The notes below the pieces were generated by a model. That model was not told the DNA's origin. It was given only the letters and a program-made list of their open reading frames with translations, and ran no database searches. The position numbers and the translations under genes were made by a program. Below are positions 9,840 through 18,841 of a stretch of 54,253 nt of DNA, one piece after another. Numbering within the stretch: position 1 is the stretch's first letter; the number at the start of each line of letters is the position of its first letter. Origin of the DNA: an uncultured Bifidobacteriaceae bacterium (GTDB taxonomy: Bacteria; Bacteroidota; Bacteroidia; Cytophagales; UBA9547); contig CAZMFZ010000005.1 in NCBI GenBank assembly GCA_964565665.1, positions 1 to 54,253 of the forward strand, written 5' to 3'.

Positions 9840-10142
9840 ATGATTCCAATTCAGCATTACCTAATTATTTCCGCCATACTTTTCACCATCGGTTTGGCCA
9901 TTGTGCTTACTAAAAAACATACAATTCTGATTCTGATGGGCATTGAATTAATTTTTAATGCTGCCAATATCAATTTGGTGGCTTTCGGGCAACATGACCC
10001 AAGCATGAAAGGACAAATGTTCACCCTTTTTGTAATAATGATTGCCGCTTGTGAAACAGCTGTGGCATTGGCCATTATACTAAATCTTTTCAGGCATTTC
10101 AAAACTACAAATCCTGCTTTGGTCAATGAATTGAAAGGGTAG
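9840..10142 (+). CDS. nuoK: NADH-quinone oxidoreductase subunit K
   Basis: 100 aa, three TM helices, GIELI.NA.N...VAF and CE.A..LAI motifs of NuoK. Confidence 0.92.
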   Translation: MIPIQHYLIISAILFTIGLAIVLTKKHTILILMGIELIFNAANINLVAFGQHDPSMKGQMFTLFVIMIAACETAVALAIILNLFRHFKTTNPALVNELKG

Positions 10143-10210
10143 AAGTCACCATATTTTTAAGAACTTTCCGCAGAATAATTTCAAATATTTTCCACCTCCT
10201 CGACTATATT

Positions 10211-11047
10211 TTGAAATACCTAATTTACTGTATTAAGCTTTTTAATTTTTTGAATATCGATGTATGCGCGGGTAGCTGTGCCATGTGCTATTTGATTGGC
10301 AGATATTTGCTTGTGCCAATTCCATTTGCTGTTTATTGCCTATTATTTATGGTAGTTTTTGTTATTTATTTGGCAGATCATAGCGTAGATAGTTACAACT
10401 CTAGCAAACTTTCGCTTTCTGAAAGAAGACAATTTTATGCCCACAATTCAAATTACTTGTCTGCAATTGCGGTATTTTTAGGGTTGATGGGTTTGGCAAT
10501 TGCTTGCGTGTATCTTCCTATAACTATTCTAATAAATGGCTTATTCTTTGGACTGATGTGTGGGACCTATCTTATCTTCAATTTACTATTTAATAAATAT
10601 ACGCTGCCTAAAGAGCTTATCATTGCCGTTTTATATGTGGTGGGTATAAGTTTTTATCCACTATCAATTTACAATCTGCCAATTGATAATTCTACTTTTA
10701 TATTTATGTCGATAATTCTTCTTATTGCTTTTGAAAATCTACTCATTTATAGTATAATTGACCATGATGAAGACACATCGTTGGGTTTTCAGTCAATTTC
10801 TACCCGATTTGGAATACCTTTTTGCAAAACACTCTGTTTTTGCACTTTTATTCTCAACTTTGTAATGTTGGTTTGGCTATGGCAAATAAATCCTGAAAAA
10901 TGGGTTTACCTATTGGTACTAAGCCTAATTCATACAGCACAATTTTTTGTGTATATTATTAAAGAAAAATTAACCAAATACGCACTTTACCGATGGATAG
11001 CCGATGGGGCATTTATGCTGCCTTGGCTATTGATATTTACAACCTAA
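10211..11047 (+). CDS. UbiA-family prenyltransferase-like integral membrane protein
   Basis: Polytopic membrane ORF with two Asp-rich motifs spaced as in UbiA enzymes (LADHSVD; IIDHDEDTSLGFQSISTRFG). TTG start in the track. Substrate unknown. Confidence 0.5.
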   Translation: MKYLIYCIKLFNFLNIDVCAGSCAMCYLIGRYLLVPIPFAVYCLLFMVVFVIYLADHSVDSYNSSKLSLSERRQFYAHNSNYLSAIAVFLGLMGLAIACVYLPITILINGLFFGLMCGTYLIFNLLFNKYTLPKELIIAVLYVVGISFYPLSIYNLPIDNSTFIFMSIILLIAFENLLIYSIIDHDEDTSLGFQSISTRFGIPFCKTLCFCTFILNFVMLVWLWQINPEKWVYLLVLSLIHTAQFFVYIIKEKLTKYALYRWIADGAFMLPWLLIFTT

Positions 11048-11051
11048 AACA

Positions 11052-12398
11052 ATGTTAATCAATACCTTACGGAAGTATCAAACCGATATTTCAGAAACAT
11101 TCAAACTAAGCCTTCCCATTATTTTTGGTCGCTTAGGTGCTGTGCTTATGGGCGTGGCCGATAATATAATGGTGGGCAAAATCAGCTATACAGCTTTGGC
11201 CGCTTCGGGCATTGCGACCTCAATTTTTATACTGGTGGCCATTATTCCTATTGGCACCCTTATTGTTGGTTCTCCCATGATTTCATCGGCCAATAGCCGA
11301 AACGACAAAACTGATGCCGCCAATATTTTAAAAAGTTGCATACAAGTAGCACTGCTAATTAGCCTATTTTTCATGGTGGTGCTTTCCATTTTTGCCTTTA
11401 ATTTCAGCTGGTTTCAGCAACCAAAGGAAGTAGAAGAATTAGCCGTTCCATTTTTCTTGTTTCTGATAGGATCTATTTTGCCACTCATGTTTTTCATAGC
11501 TGTAGAGCAATTTAGCGATGGATTAGAGCATACCAACATCTCTATGTTTTTCAATACCTCAGCTTTATTGCTCAATATTTTTATCAATTGGCTTTTTATT
11601 TATGGCAATTGGGGAATGCCCAGATTAGAACTTCTCGGAGCTGGTATTGGCACACTTACAGCAAGAATCTATATGGCTATCGGAATATGGTGTGTAGTAA
11701 AATATGGCAAAAGCTTCCAAAATTTCAATTTGAAGCTAAATTTGCTAACTATTCACAAAGCCTCATTTCAGAAAGTATTGAAACAAGGTTTGCCGAGTGG
11801 TCTGCAATTTTTCTTCGAAGTATCTGCTTTCAGTTTTGCAGCCGTGCTTATAGGCTGGTTTGGTGCTATTCCCTTAGCAGCCCATCAAGTGGCTTTAAGT
11901 TTGTGCTCTATCACTTACATGATTTCAACTGGTTTTGCTTCAGGCGGAAGTATAAGGGTAGGATTTGCACATGGCACCAGAGATAAATTAGCTGTATTGA
12001 GGGCTGGTAAAAGCACTATGCTATTGGTAGCTGCTTTAATGACAATTAGCTGCATTGGGTTTGTTGTTTTCAATAATTTTCTAGTGAGAATATACAATGA
12101 CGATTTGAAGGTAATAGAAGTAGCCTCAGGTTTGTTGATAATTGGAGGTGTTTTCCAGTTGGGCGATGGCATACAAGTGGCAGCAATCAGGTCTTTATTG
12201 GGCATTGAAGATATTAAAGTGCCTACCTTATACACATTATTTGCTTATTGGGTATTTGGATTGCCTGTAGGTTGCTTACTGGCATTTACATTTAATATGG
12301 GCGTGTATGGCATCTGGATCGGGCTTTCCGTAGGCTTGTGGGCGGCTGCCATTTTGCTTACTTATCGCTTTTTGAACAAGGCAAATAGAATAAGATAA
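11052..12398 (+). CDS. MATE family efflux transporter
   Basis: 448 aa, 12 TM helices, typical MATE N-terminus (LSLPIIFGRL...MGVADNIMVG) and internal duplication. Confidence 0.88.
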   Translation: MLINTLRKYQTDISETFKLSLPIIFGRLGAVLMGVADNIMVGKISYTALAASGIATSIFILVAIIPIGTLIVGSPMISSANSRNDKTDAANILKSCIQVALLISLFFMVVLSIFAFNFSWFQQPKEVEELAVPFFLFLIGSILPLMFFIAVEQFSDGLEHTNISMFFNTSALLLNIFINWLFIYGNWGMPRLELLGAGIGTLTARIYMAIGIWCVVKYGKSFQNFNLKLNLLTIHKASFQKVLKQGLPSGLQFFFEVSAFSFAAVLIGWFGAIPLAAHQVALSLCSITYMISTGFASGGSIRVGFAHGTRDKLAVLRAGKSTMLLVAALMTISCIGFVVFNNFLVRIYNDDLKVIEVASGLLIIGGVFQLGDGIQVAAIRSLLGIEDIKVPTLYTLFAYWVFGLPVGCLLAFTFNMGVYGIWIGLSVGLWAAAILLTYRFLNKANRIR

Positions 12399-12502
12399 TC
12401 AAGTTAGATTCAATTTCATGTTGATAAATTGGATAGTTAGATACTTATTTGTTTGTATTGACGTTTATTATTTATAGTTTAGGGCTTTAAAACTTCACAA
12501 CC

Positions 12503-12940
12503 ATGTTCAACGGAAAAAGCGTAAAAAAAGAAGCCGAAGAAATAAGTGTTTCAAACAATATTATTGGCAAAGGAACTACCATCAAAGGCAATATAGAAGC
12601 AAGTTCAAATATTCGCTTGGAAGGCAAGCTTATTGGCGATTTGCGAACCAAAGCTAAAGTAGCTTGTGGAGAAAGTTCGGTAGTAGAAGGAAATATTTAC
12701 GCCCAGAATGCAGAAATTGCAGGTACAGTTACAGGCCATGTAGAGGCCTCTGAACTGCTGATTGTAAAAGCATCGGCAAAGATAAAAGGCGATATTATGG
12801 CTGCCAAATTAATAATAGAGTCAGGTGCCAATTTCAATGGCTCGTGCAAAATGATTGGCGAAATCAAACAAAATTCCTCTGCACAACTCAATGGAAACTT
12901 CGAATCAGCCTCAAAACAACCCGAAAAAACAACAGTTTAA
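12503..12940 (+). CDS. Bactofilin (polymer-forming cytoskeletal protein, DUF583)
   Basis: Repeating beta-helix signature (IGKGTTIKGNIEASSNIRLEGKLIGDL...VEGNIYA..AEIAGTVTG.V.A..L). Confidence 0.85.
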   Translation: MFNGKSVKKEAEEISVSNNIIGKGTTIKGNIEASSNIRLEGKLIGDLRTKAKVACGESSVVEGNIYAQNAEIAGTVTGHVEASELLIVKASAKIKGDIMAAKLIIESGANFNGSCKMIGEIKQNSSAQLNGNFESASKQPEKTTV

Positions 12941-13118
12941 TTCATTATTAAAATATTCGGGGCTTGCCATGCAAATGGGAGCGACCATAGCTTTAATGGC
13001 GTGGATTGGCTATTGGCTCGATGGCTATTTCCACACTTCAAAACCATTTTTAACATTAGGTTTTTTACTCTTGGGAACAATTGCTTCTATTTTGTCATTG
13101 ATAAGGCAATTGCGGTGA
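12891..13118 (+). CDS. AtpZ/AtpI family membrane protein
   Basis: LKYSGLAMQMGATIALMAWIGYWLD....KPFLTLGFLLLG is typical of Bacteroidota AtpZ. ATG at 12891 preferred over TTG at 12855. Overlaps the bactofilin 3' end by about 50 nt. Confidence 0.65.
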   Translation: METSNQPQNNPKKQQFNSLLKYSGLAMQMGATIALMAWIGYWLDGYFHTSKPFLTLGFLLLGTIASILSLIRQLR

Positions 13119-13180
13119 AATAGTAAAATTAAATTTGCTCTGGTAGTCAATATAGACTAGCTACCTCTTTTCACAAAATC

Positions 13181-15340
13181 ATGAAAAATATATTAAAAAT
13201 CGGCCTTATTGGTCTTCTGCAAAAAATGGCTTACTTTATATTTACGCCATTCTATAAAACAAGGGTTGGATTGTGGATTTTTATTTTGCTACCAATGCTC
13301 TCATTTTCCCAAATTGAAAAGCCCGCCAAATGGACTAACGAACCATCAAAACAAGAGGTAAAGATAGGAGAAACCATAGAAGTCGTTTTTTCTGCTTCAC
13401 TAAATAAAGGCTGGTATATGTATGCTACTGGGCCTTATGAATCTGCCCCGTCTACCACATTTACATTTGAAAAAAATAGCAGTTTTGAATTGGTAGGCGA
13501 TTTAAAACCTATCAAAGCCAAACATAAGGTAGATGAATACATTGGTGAATACGATTACTTTACTGAAAAAGCAGAATTCAGGCAGAAAGTAAAAATATTA
13601 TCTGAAAATCCAATCATTAAAGGCACTTACGAATACAGCACTTGTTCGCTCGAATCAGGTATATGCTTGCCTCCTAAAGACGAAGAATTTAGATTCGATA
13701 AATTTAAAATCATTGGCAAAATAATAGATGAGGCTGTAAAACCAATCGCCAAAATAGATATTACCCCCACCATTGATAAAAAAGAAAAAATTGCTGAGGA
13801 TAAAAATGAAGAAGTAAAATCTACTGATACGCTGCAGAAAATAACCAAGATAGATTCCATCGCCACTATTTCCCACATTACTAAATCAGCTACTAATGAT
13901 TCAGACTCCTCTTCTGGATTATTCGGCTTTTTCATCTTGGCATTTTTATCAGGTTTGGTGGCCTTGCTTACACCATGTGTATTTCCCATGATACCCATGA
14001 CAGTTACATTTTTCCTAAATTCTGGCAAATCGAGAGCCGAAGGTATTTTTAAAGCCTTAATCTATGGGTTATCTATCATTCTTATTTATACTTTGATAGG
14101 CACATTGGTCTCTAAAATAGCGGGGCCGGAAGCAGCAAACTTCTTGAGTACACATTGGCTCCCAAACCTGTTTTTCTTTGCTACATTCATCTTATTTGCC
14201 CTTTCATTTTTGGGATTATTTGAAATAGTGTTGCCAAGTGCATTGGTAAATGCCACCGACAAGCAAGCTGATAAAGGTGGCTACTTGGGCATTTTTTTCA
14301 TGGCTTTCACCTTGGTGCTTGTTTCGTTTTCATGCACTGGACCCATTGTAGGCACTATTTTAGTGCAATCTGCTGGTGGAGCTTTTGTAAAACCAATGAT
14401 TGGCATGTTCGGATTTTCCTTGGCTTTCGCAGTGCCGTTTACACTATTTGCCATCTTCCCTTCTTGGCTTAGTAACTTGCCGAAGTCGGGGGGCTGGCTC
14501 AATACCGTGAAAGTAGTATTGGGCTTTCTCGAATTGGCATTGGCTTTCAAATTTTTAAGTCTTGCCGATCAAGCCTATCACTGGAATTTACTCAATAGAG
14601 ACATCAATATTGCCATTTGGATAGCTATTTTCACCTCTTTGGCTTTGTATTTGTTTGGGGCTATCACGCTTCCACACGATGAAAAAGAAGATCGCATTGG
14701 CGTTGTGCGATTGATAATAGGCATTGCCGCACTTTCATTCTCTATTTATCTAATTCCTGGATTGTGGGGTGCCCCATTGAAGCCGCTATCGGGCTATTTG
14801 CCCCCATTGGCTTCACAAGATTTCGTATTAAATGAAAATAAATCGGGTTCTACTATAATTGCTGACAATTCATTGATTGACATTCCCAAATATGCCGAGT
14901 TTCTGCATTTGCCTCATGGTTTGCAAGGCTATTTCGACTACAAACAAGCCTTGGCGGCATCTAAAAAGCTAAATAAACCTATTTTTATCGATTTTACAGG
15001 CCACGGTTGTGTGAATTGCAGGGAAATGGAGGCCAATGTATGGAGCGACCCACAAATATTGAGTCGATTGCAAAACGATTTTATTGTGTTGGCTTTGTAT
15101 GTTGATGATAAAACAGAACTACCTGAAAGCCAATGGCTTACCTCTACTTACGATGGCAAAGTGAAGAAATCGATAGGCAAACAAAATGCTGATTTCCAGA
15201 TTGTGAAATACAACACCAATGCCCAGCCTTATTATTTGGTGGTAAATAACGAAGGAAATACCCTAAGCGGCCCCGTAGCTTACGATTTGAATGTGGGAAA
15301 TTTTGTAGCTTTTTTAGATAAGGGCAAGGCTTCGTTTTAA
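13181..15340 (+). CDS. dsbD: Thiol:disulfide interchange protein DsbD (CcdA-type membrane core plus C-terminal thioredoxin-like domain)
   Basis: 719 aa. Membrane core with LTPCVFPMIP and FSCTGP motifs, and a C-terminal FTGHGCVNC (CxxC) domain. True start may be an internal Met. Confidence 0.88.
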   Translation: MKNILKIGLIGLLQKMAYFIFTPFYKTRVGLWIFILLPMLSFSQIEKPAKWTNEPSKQEVKIGETIEVVFSASLNKGWYMYATGPYESAPSTTFTFEKNSSFELVGDLKPIKAKHKVDEYIGEYDYFTEKAEFRQKVKILSENPIIKGTYEYSTCSLESGICLPPKDEEFRFDKFKIIGKIIDEAVKPIAKIDITPTIDKKEKIAEDKNEEVKSTDTLQKITKIDSIATISHITKSATNDSDSSSGLFGFFILAFLSGLVALLTPCVFPMIPMTVTFFLNSGKSRAEGIFKALIYGLSIILIYTLIGTLVSKIAGPEAANFLSTHWLPNLFFFATFILFALSFLGLFEIVLPSALVNATDKQADKGGYLGIFFMAFTLVLVSFSCTGPIVGTILVQSAGGAFVKPMIGMFGFSLAFAVPFTLFAIFPSWLSNLPKSGGWLNTVKVVLGFLELALAFKFLSLADQAYHWNLLNRDINIAIWIAIFTSLALYLFGAITLPHDEKEDRIGVVRLIIGIAALSFSIYLIPGLWGAPLKPLSGYLPPLASQDFVLNENKSGSTIIADNSLIDIPKYAEFLHLPHGLQGYFDYKQALAASKKLNKPIFIDFTGHGCVNCREMEANVWSDPQILSRLQNDFIVLALYVDDKTELPESQWLTSTYDGKVKKSIGKQNADFQIVKYNTNAQPYYLVVNNEGNTLSGPVAYDLNVGNFVAFLDKGKASF

Positions 15341-15349
15341 ATGGCAGTG

Positions 15350-15372
15350 AACTCAGGTGTTCCACCTGAGTT
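15350..15372 (+). terminator. Hairpin downstream of dsbD (10-bp stem, 3-nt loop)
   Basis: aactcaggtg-ttc-cacctgagtt followed by t/aaaag, 10 nt after the dsbD stop. A second hairpin, tcggga-agatac-tcccga at 15381-15398, may serve the converging minus-strand operon. Confidence 0.5.
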
Positions 15373-15524
15373 TAAAAGTATCGGGAAGATACTCCCGAAT
15401 CTACTTTAAGTAAGCCATGCAACACAGAGTCACAGTCATTTTCACCTTTTATGTGTTAAAGTTTTTGAATTCTTCAACCAAGATTGTATAAGAAGCTGAG
15501 GAAGATATGATTTGAAAAATATTT

Positions 15525-16556
15525 TCAGATGGGTGTATCAACTATTACAACTTCCCCTAAAGCTGTACCTACAGCAAAATTTTGATCGTTTGGACACCAC
15601 GAAAGCGCAGTAATATTACCTTGGAGTGTTCCTCCTGTCAATAATGAAGTAGATAATTTCGGGTACCAACATAAAAAAACACCTTTAGTATCTCCTGAGA
15701 CCATGATATTACTATTATGTGCAAAGTTCAATGAGGTTATTCTATGCTTGTGGCCTTGAAGCACAATAGGTTTTTGTCCTACTGGGGCTTTGCCACTAAT
15801 TTCCCATATTACTATTTCATTTCCGCAGTTAGAGGCCAGCATACTGGAATCGGCAGCCCACGAAAGTTCTTTCACTTTTCCTGCATAGCCCGACATTTCA
15901 CAATCATTGTCTGGTTCAAAAGGCAATGGCCAGAAATGAATTCTTGAATCTTGTGTTCCAGCACATATAAATTTGCCATCAGGACTCCACGAGAGAGAAA
16001 TAAGTGAATTTCGCCATGGTAAAATCTCGCTGGGTATTTCATTGTTTACATCAAAAATTTTTAAGTTGCCATAACTGCCCAAAGCAAATTCGGAACTGTC
16101 TTTTTTCCAAGTAATGGCAGATACGGTACTTTCAGGATTTATAAAGTGATAAACCAATTCCCCATTTCGAGCATATAGTTTAATATTCTTTCCTGACCCC
16201 ATTACAAAATACGCTCCATTAGGTGACCATTTCAGGTGCTCAACCCATTGCCAGCCTCCTTCAAATTGCTTCAGCAATTTACCTGTAGAAGTTTCCCAAA
16301 GTTTCACCAACCCATCTTGGCCAGCAGTTAAAAAAAGCAGTTCTTTTGGGGAATGCGTTATTGAAATAATTCCTACTTCATGGGCAGCTATTGAAAATAT
16401 GACTTTTTGCTTATTTGCATTTACTACTGCTAATTTGCCAGAGGAAAGTGCAATGCACAGATATGTGTTATCGAAACTCCAGGAGAGACCGCTAATATAA
16501 TCTTCAAATTTTGTAGTCCATGCTTCTAATCCTCGTTCTTGCTGAATAATACTCAT
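15525..16556 (-). CDS. Cytoplasmic WD40-repeat beta-propeller protein
   Basis: 343 aa with no signal peptide and about seven WD-like blades (e.g. LTAGQDGLVKLWE, AGTQDSRIHFW, VSGDTKGVFLCW). Start is 3 nt after the stop of the upstream COG0523 gene. Confidence 0.85.
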   Translation of the reverse strand: MSIIQQERGLEAWTTKFEDYISGLSWSFDNTYLCIALSSGKLAVVNANKQKVIFSIAAHEVGIISITHSPKELLFLTAGQDGLVKLWETSTGKLLKQFEGGWQWVEHLKWSPNGAYFVMGSGKNIKLYARNGELVYHFINPESTVSAITWKKDSSEFALGSYGNLKIFDVNNEIPSEILPWRNSLISLSWSPDGKFICAGTQDSRIHFWPLPFEPDNDCEMSGYAGKVKELSWAADSSMLASNCGNEIVIWEISGKAPVGQKPIVLQGHKHRITSLNFAHNSNIMVSGDTKGVFLCWYPKLSTSLLTGGTLQGNITALSWCPNDQNFAVGTALGEVVIVDTPI

Positions 16557-16559
16557 AAC

Positions 16560-17921
16560 TTATTTGCTCAATGCTTTTTCTTTCTTGGCGATGCAATCGT
16601 TGAATCCCTTTGTAAGTGCTTCTCTGTCTAGGTTTTTACCTATAAATACCACTTGGCTTTTCCTTTTTTCATCTGGCTTCCATGGTCTGTCAGGTTTGCC
16701 ATCGAATAGCATGTGCACACCTTGAAATACAAATCGGTCTTCATCGCCTTGCATATTAAAAATCCCTTTCATACGGTAAATATCTGTGCCTTTGAACTGT
16801 AACAAACCGCCTAGCCACATATTTACTGCTCCTATTTCTAGGCTTTTATCGGTTTCTAAGCCTACTGAGGTTACTTCGCTATTGTGTTCATGGCTGTGTT
16901 CAAACTCATAAGACTGTAAAAGTTCAGGTTCTTTACCATTTTGTAGCCATTTCATAGAAAACTCATCGGGATGGTGCTGTGTAAAAATTCCATATATCCC
17001 TTCTTTATTAAACTTGGCTCTGAAATTATTTTCCTCACTTTCAAGCACAAGTGTACTTACTTGGCTGTTGGTTTTAAGGAATTTCCCTTGATGAACTTTC
17101 TCTGTTTTTTCTGAAAACAATCGAACGGCTGATTTTTTAACATCTGCAAAATCATTGAGGTTGTCAACTTTCAAAATCAGAATATCCATGCTTGGATCGG
17201 GACCTTCTTGCAATGTCAGTTGGTATTCCATTTCATTAAACTGATAAAAACCAGCAAATTCAAAAGGCATTTCTTCAGTCATAAATTCAGGATTCAGTTC
17301 TGCTTTAGCTTCTAAATCAAACGCATGTACATCTAAAATTTTATCCATGTCAATAGCTGCATCTTGTGTGCGAAAAATCTTAGCTTGTGAGTTCATGGCT
17401 TTGATTTTCTTTTCCAGTTTGATAAGATCAGCATCGTTAACTAAATCGGTTTTATTCAGCAAAATGACATCGGCAAAGGCTATTTGTTCCTGGCATTCGG
17501 AACTGTCGTCAATATGCTGCCACACGTGCATGGCATCTACAATTGTAATGATTGCATCGAGAGAAAATTCTTCTTTCATTTCATCATCTACCCAAAATGT
17601 TTGGGCTACGGGAGCTGGATTAGCCAAGCCAGTAGTTTCTACAATGATATGGTCGAGCCTGTCTTTTCTACGCATGAGTTGCCCCAAAATACGAATAAGG
17701 TCGCCCCGAACGGTGCAGCAAATACAACCATTGTTCATTTCAAATATTTCTTCATCGGCACCAATTACCAGTTCATTGTCTATACCTATTTCGCCAAACT
17801 CGTTTTCAATTACGGCAATTTTTTTGCCGTGATTTTCGGATAAAATGCGGTTTAATAAGGTGGTTTTACCTGAGCCTAGAAAACCTGTGAGTACGGTAAC
17901 CGGTATTTTTTTATTTTCCAT
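16560..17921 (-). CDS. COG0523 (CobW/G3E) metallochaperone GTPase with an inserted domain of about 140 aa
   Basis: P-loop [22 protein letters not shown] motif, NKTDL, short His cluster (EFEHSHEHN) and CobW_C end (IYRMKGIF...VVFIGKNLD). About residues 205-345 have no counterpart in usual 320-350-aa members. Confidence 0.88.
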   Translation of the reverse strand: MENKKIPVTVLTGFLGSGKTTLLNRILSENHGKKIAVIENEFGEIGIDNELVIGADEEIFEMNNGCICCTVRGDLIRILGQLMRRKDRLDHIIVETTGLANPAPVAQTFWVDDEMKEEFSLDAIITIVDAMHVWQHIDDSSECQEQIAFADVILLNKTDLVNDADLIKLEKKIKAMNSQAKIFRTQDAAIDMDKILDVHAFDLEAKAELNPEFMTEEMPFEFAGFYQFNEMEYQLTLQEGPDPSMDILILKVDNLNDFADVKKSAVRLFSEKTEKVHQGKFLKTNSQVSTLVLESEENNFRAKFNKEGIYGIFTQHHPDEFSMKWLQNGKEPELLQSYEFEHSHEHNSEVTSVGLETDKSLEIGAVNMWLGGLLQFKGTDIYRMKGIFNMQGDEDRFVFQGVHMLFDGKPDRPWKPDEKRKSQVVFIGKNLDREALTKGFNDCIAKKEKALSK

Positions 17922-17927
17922 AATATT

Positions 17928-17950
17928 AAGCCCCCAGCCCAGAAGGGGAG
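17928..17950 (+). repeat. C5/G5 mini-hairpin repeat, copy d (degenerate)
   Basis: aagcccccagcccagaaggggag, 7 nt upstream of the COG0523 start at 17921. Confidence 0.55.
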
Positions 17951-18040
17951 TTTAGTTGACGATAATCATGTTGGGGCCACGAATACATGATTTTATGAAT
18001 TTATTGGAAAGCCTAGGTAGTTACAATTTTGCTTAATTTG

Positions 18041-18070
18041 CCCTCACCCCAACCCCTCCGAAAAGGAACG
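18041..18070 (+). repeat. C5/G5 mini-hairpin repeat, copy e (most degenerate)
   Basis: ccctcaccccaacccctccgaaaaggaacg. Same C-tract/AA/C-tract/GAA architecture, 24 nt downstream of the 90-aa ORF. Confidence 0.4.
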
Positions 18071-18093
18071 TAGCAATCTGGCCTTCTATCAAT

Positions 18094-18366
18094 TTATTTT
18101 TCAATAATGGTTTCGATATTACTTTGCTCAATGTCTCTCAGCTTTACAAAAACCAATGGTTTTTGTATTTTTATTTTATTAATAGCATAACCATTTATCA
18201 TAAGTATTACCGTTTCCACACAAGGGCATCTTTCATCTGCACATTGAACTTCTTTTATAACGATGGCACTCCCTTCGCCTAAATCAAATATGTCTTTTAC
18301 CCATGCTATAATTGCTTTGAGATTTTCAGTATTGGATTTATCGGCAGGATTTATATATGAACTCAT
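18094..18366 (-). CDS. Small hypothetical protein with a CxxxxCxC motif
   Basis: 90-aa ORF (..VQCADERCPCVETVILM..) with no overlapping larger ORF. Bracketed by repeat copies e and f. No family recognised. Confidence 0.45.
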   Translation of the reverse strand: MSSYINPADKSNTENLKAIIAWVKDIFDLGEGSAIVIKEVQCADERCPCVETVILMINGYAINKIKIQKPLVFVKLRDIEQSNIETIIEK

Positions 18367-18440
18367 CCCTCAGTTTTGCATTTTTTACAATACTTAATAT
18401 TCAATATATGGGTGATAACTAAGCCAAACGAACCCAAATG

Positions 18441-18467
18441 AAAGCCCCCTAACCCCCAAAGGGGGAA
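18441..18467 (+). repeat. C5/G5 mini-hairpin repeat, copy f
   Basis: aaagccccctaacccccaaagggggaa, located between the ferredoxin stop (18503) and the 90-aa ORF start (18366). Confidence 0.7.
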
Positions 18468-18502
18468 TTGCCGAAGACCCAAGAGATTTTTTTAACTTAA
18501 TT

Positions 18503-18841
18503 TTATTGTTTTTCTCCATTTTCTAGTTCAAAATATCCAGTATGAAGGTGCTTAACAGTTAATATTTCGTCACGTATCAATACCGTATTTACAAATTCTG
18601 CTGCGTTTTCTGCCTTCATTTCTTTATACCAAACGTAACCAGGGCTTACGATTACCACAGGGCTATCGTAGCACCTTCCATTACACAAAGTTTTTGTGCT
18701 ATGAACAGATTCATCCAATCCTGCCTCTTTTATGGCTTTTCTGATTGCCTTTGTACTTTCAGCAGCACCCGCAGCTTGGCATGCATCGCCATTGCAAAAG
18801 AAAATGTGGTTACGTACCTTAGTCAAATCTCTGATTACCAT
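18503..18841 (-). CDS. Thioredoxin-like [2Fe-2S] ferredoxin domain protein
   Basis: 112 aa with a Cys pattern FFCNGDAC ... LCNGRCYDSP (Cx4C ... Cx3C) in a Trx-like Fd context. Its ATG overlaps the ZIP stop (TAATG). Confidence 0.7.
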   Translation of the reverse strand: MVIRDLTKVRNHIFFCNGDACQAAGAAESTKAIRKAIKEAGLDESVHSTKTLCNGRCYDSPVVIVSPGYVWYKEMKAENAAEFVNTVLIRDEILTVKHLHTGYFELENGEKQ

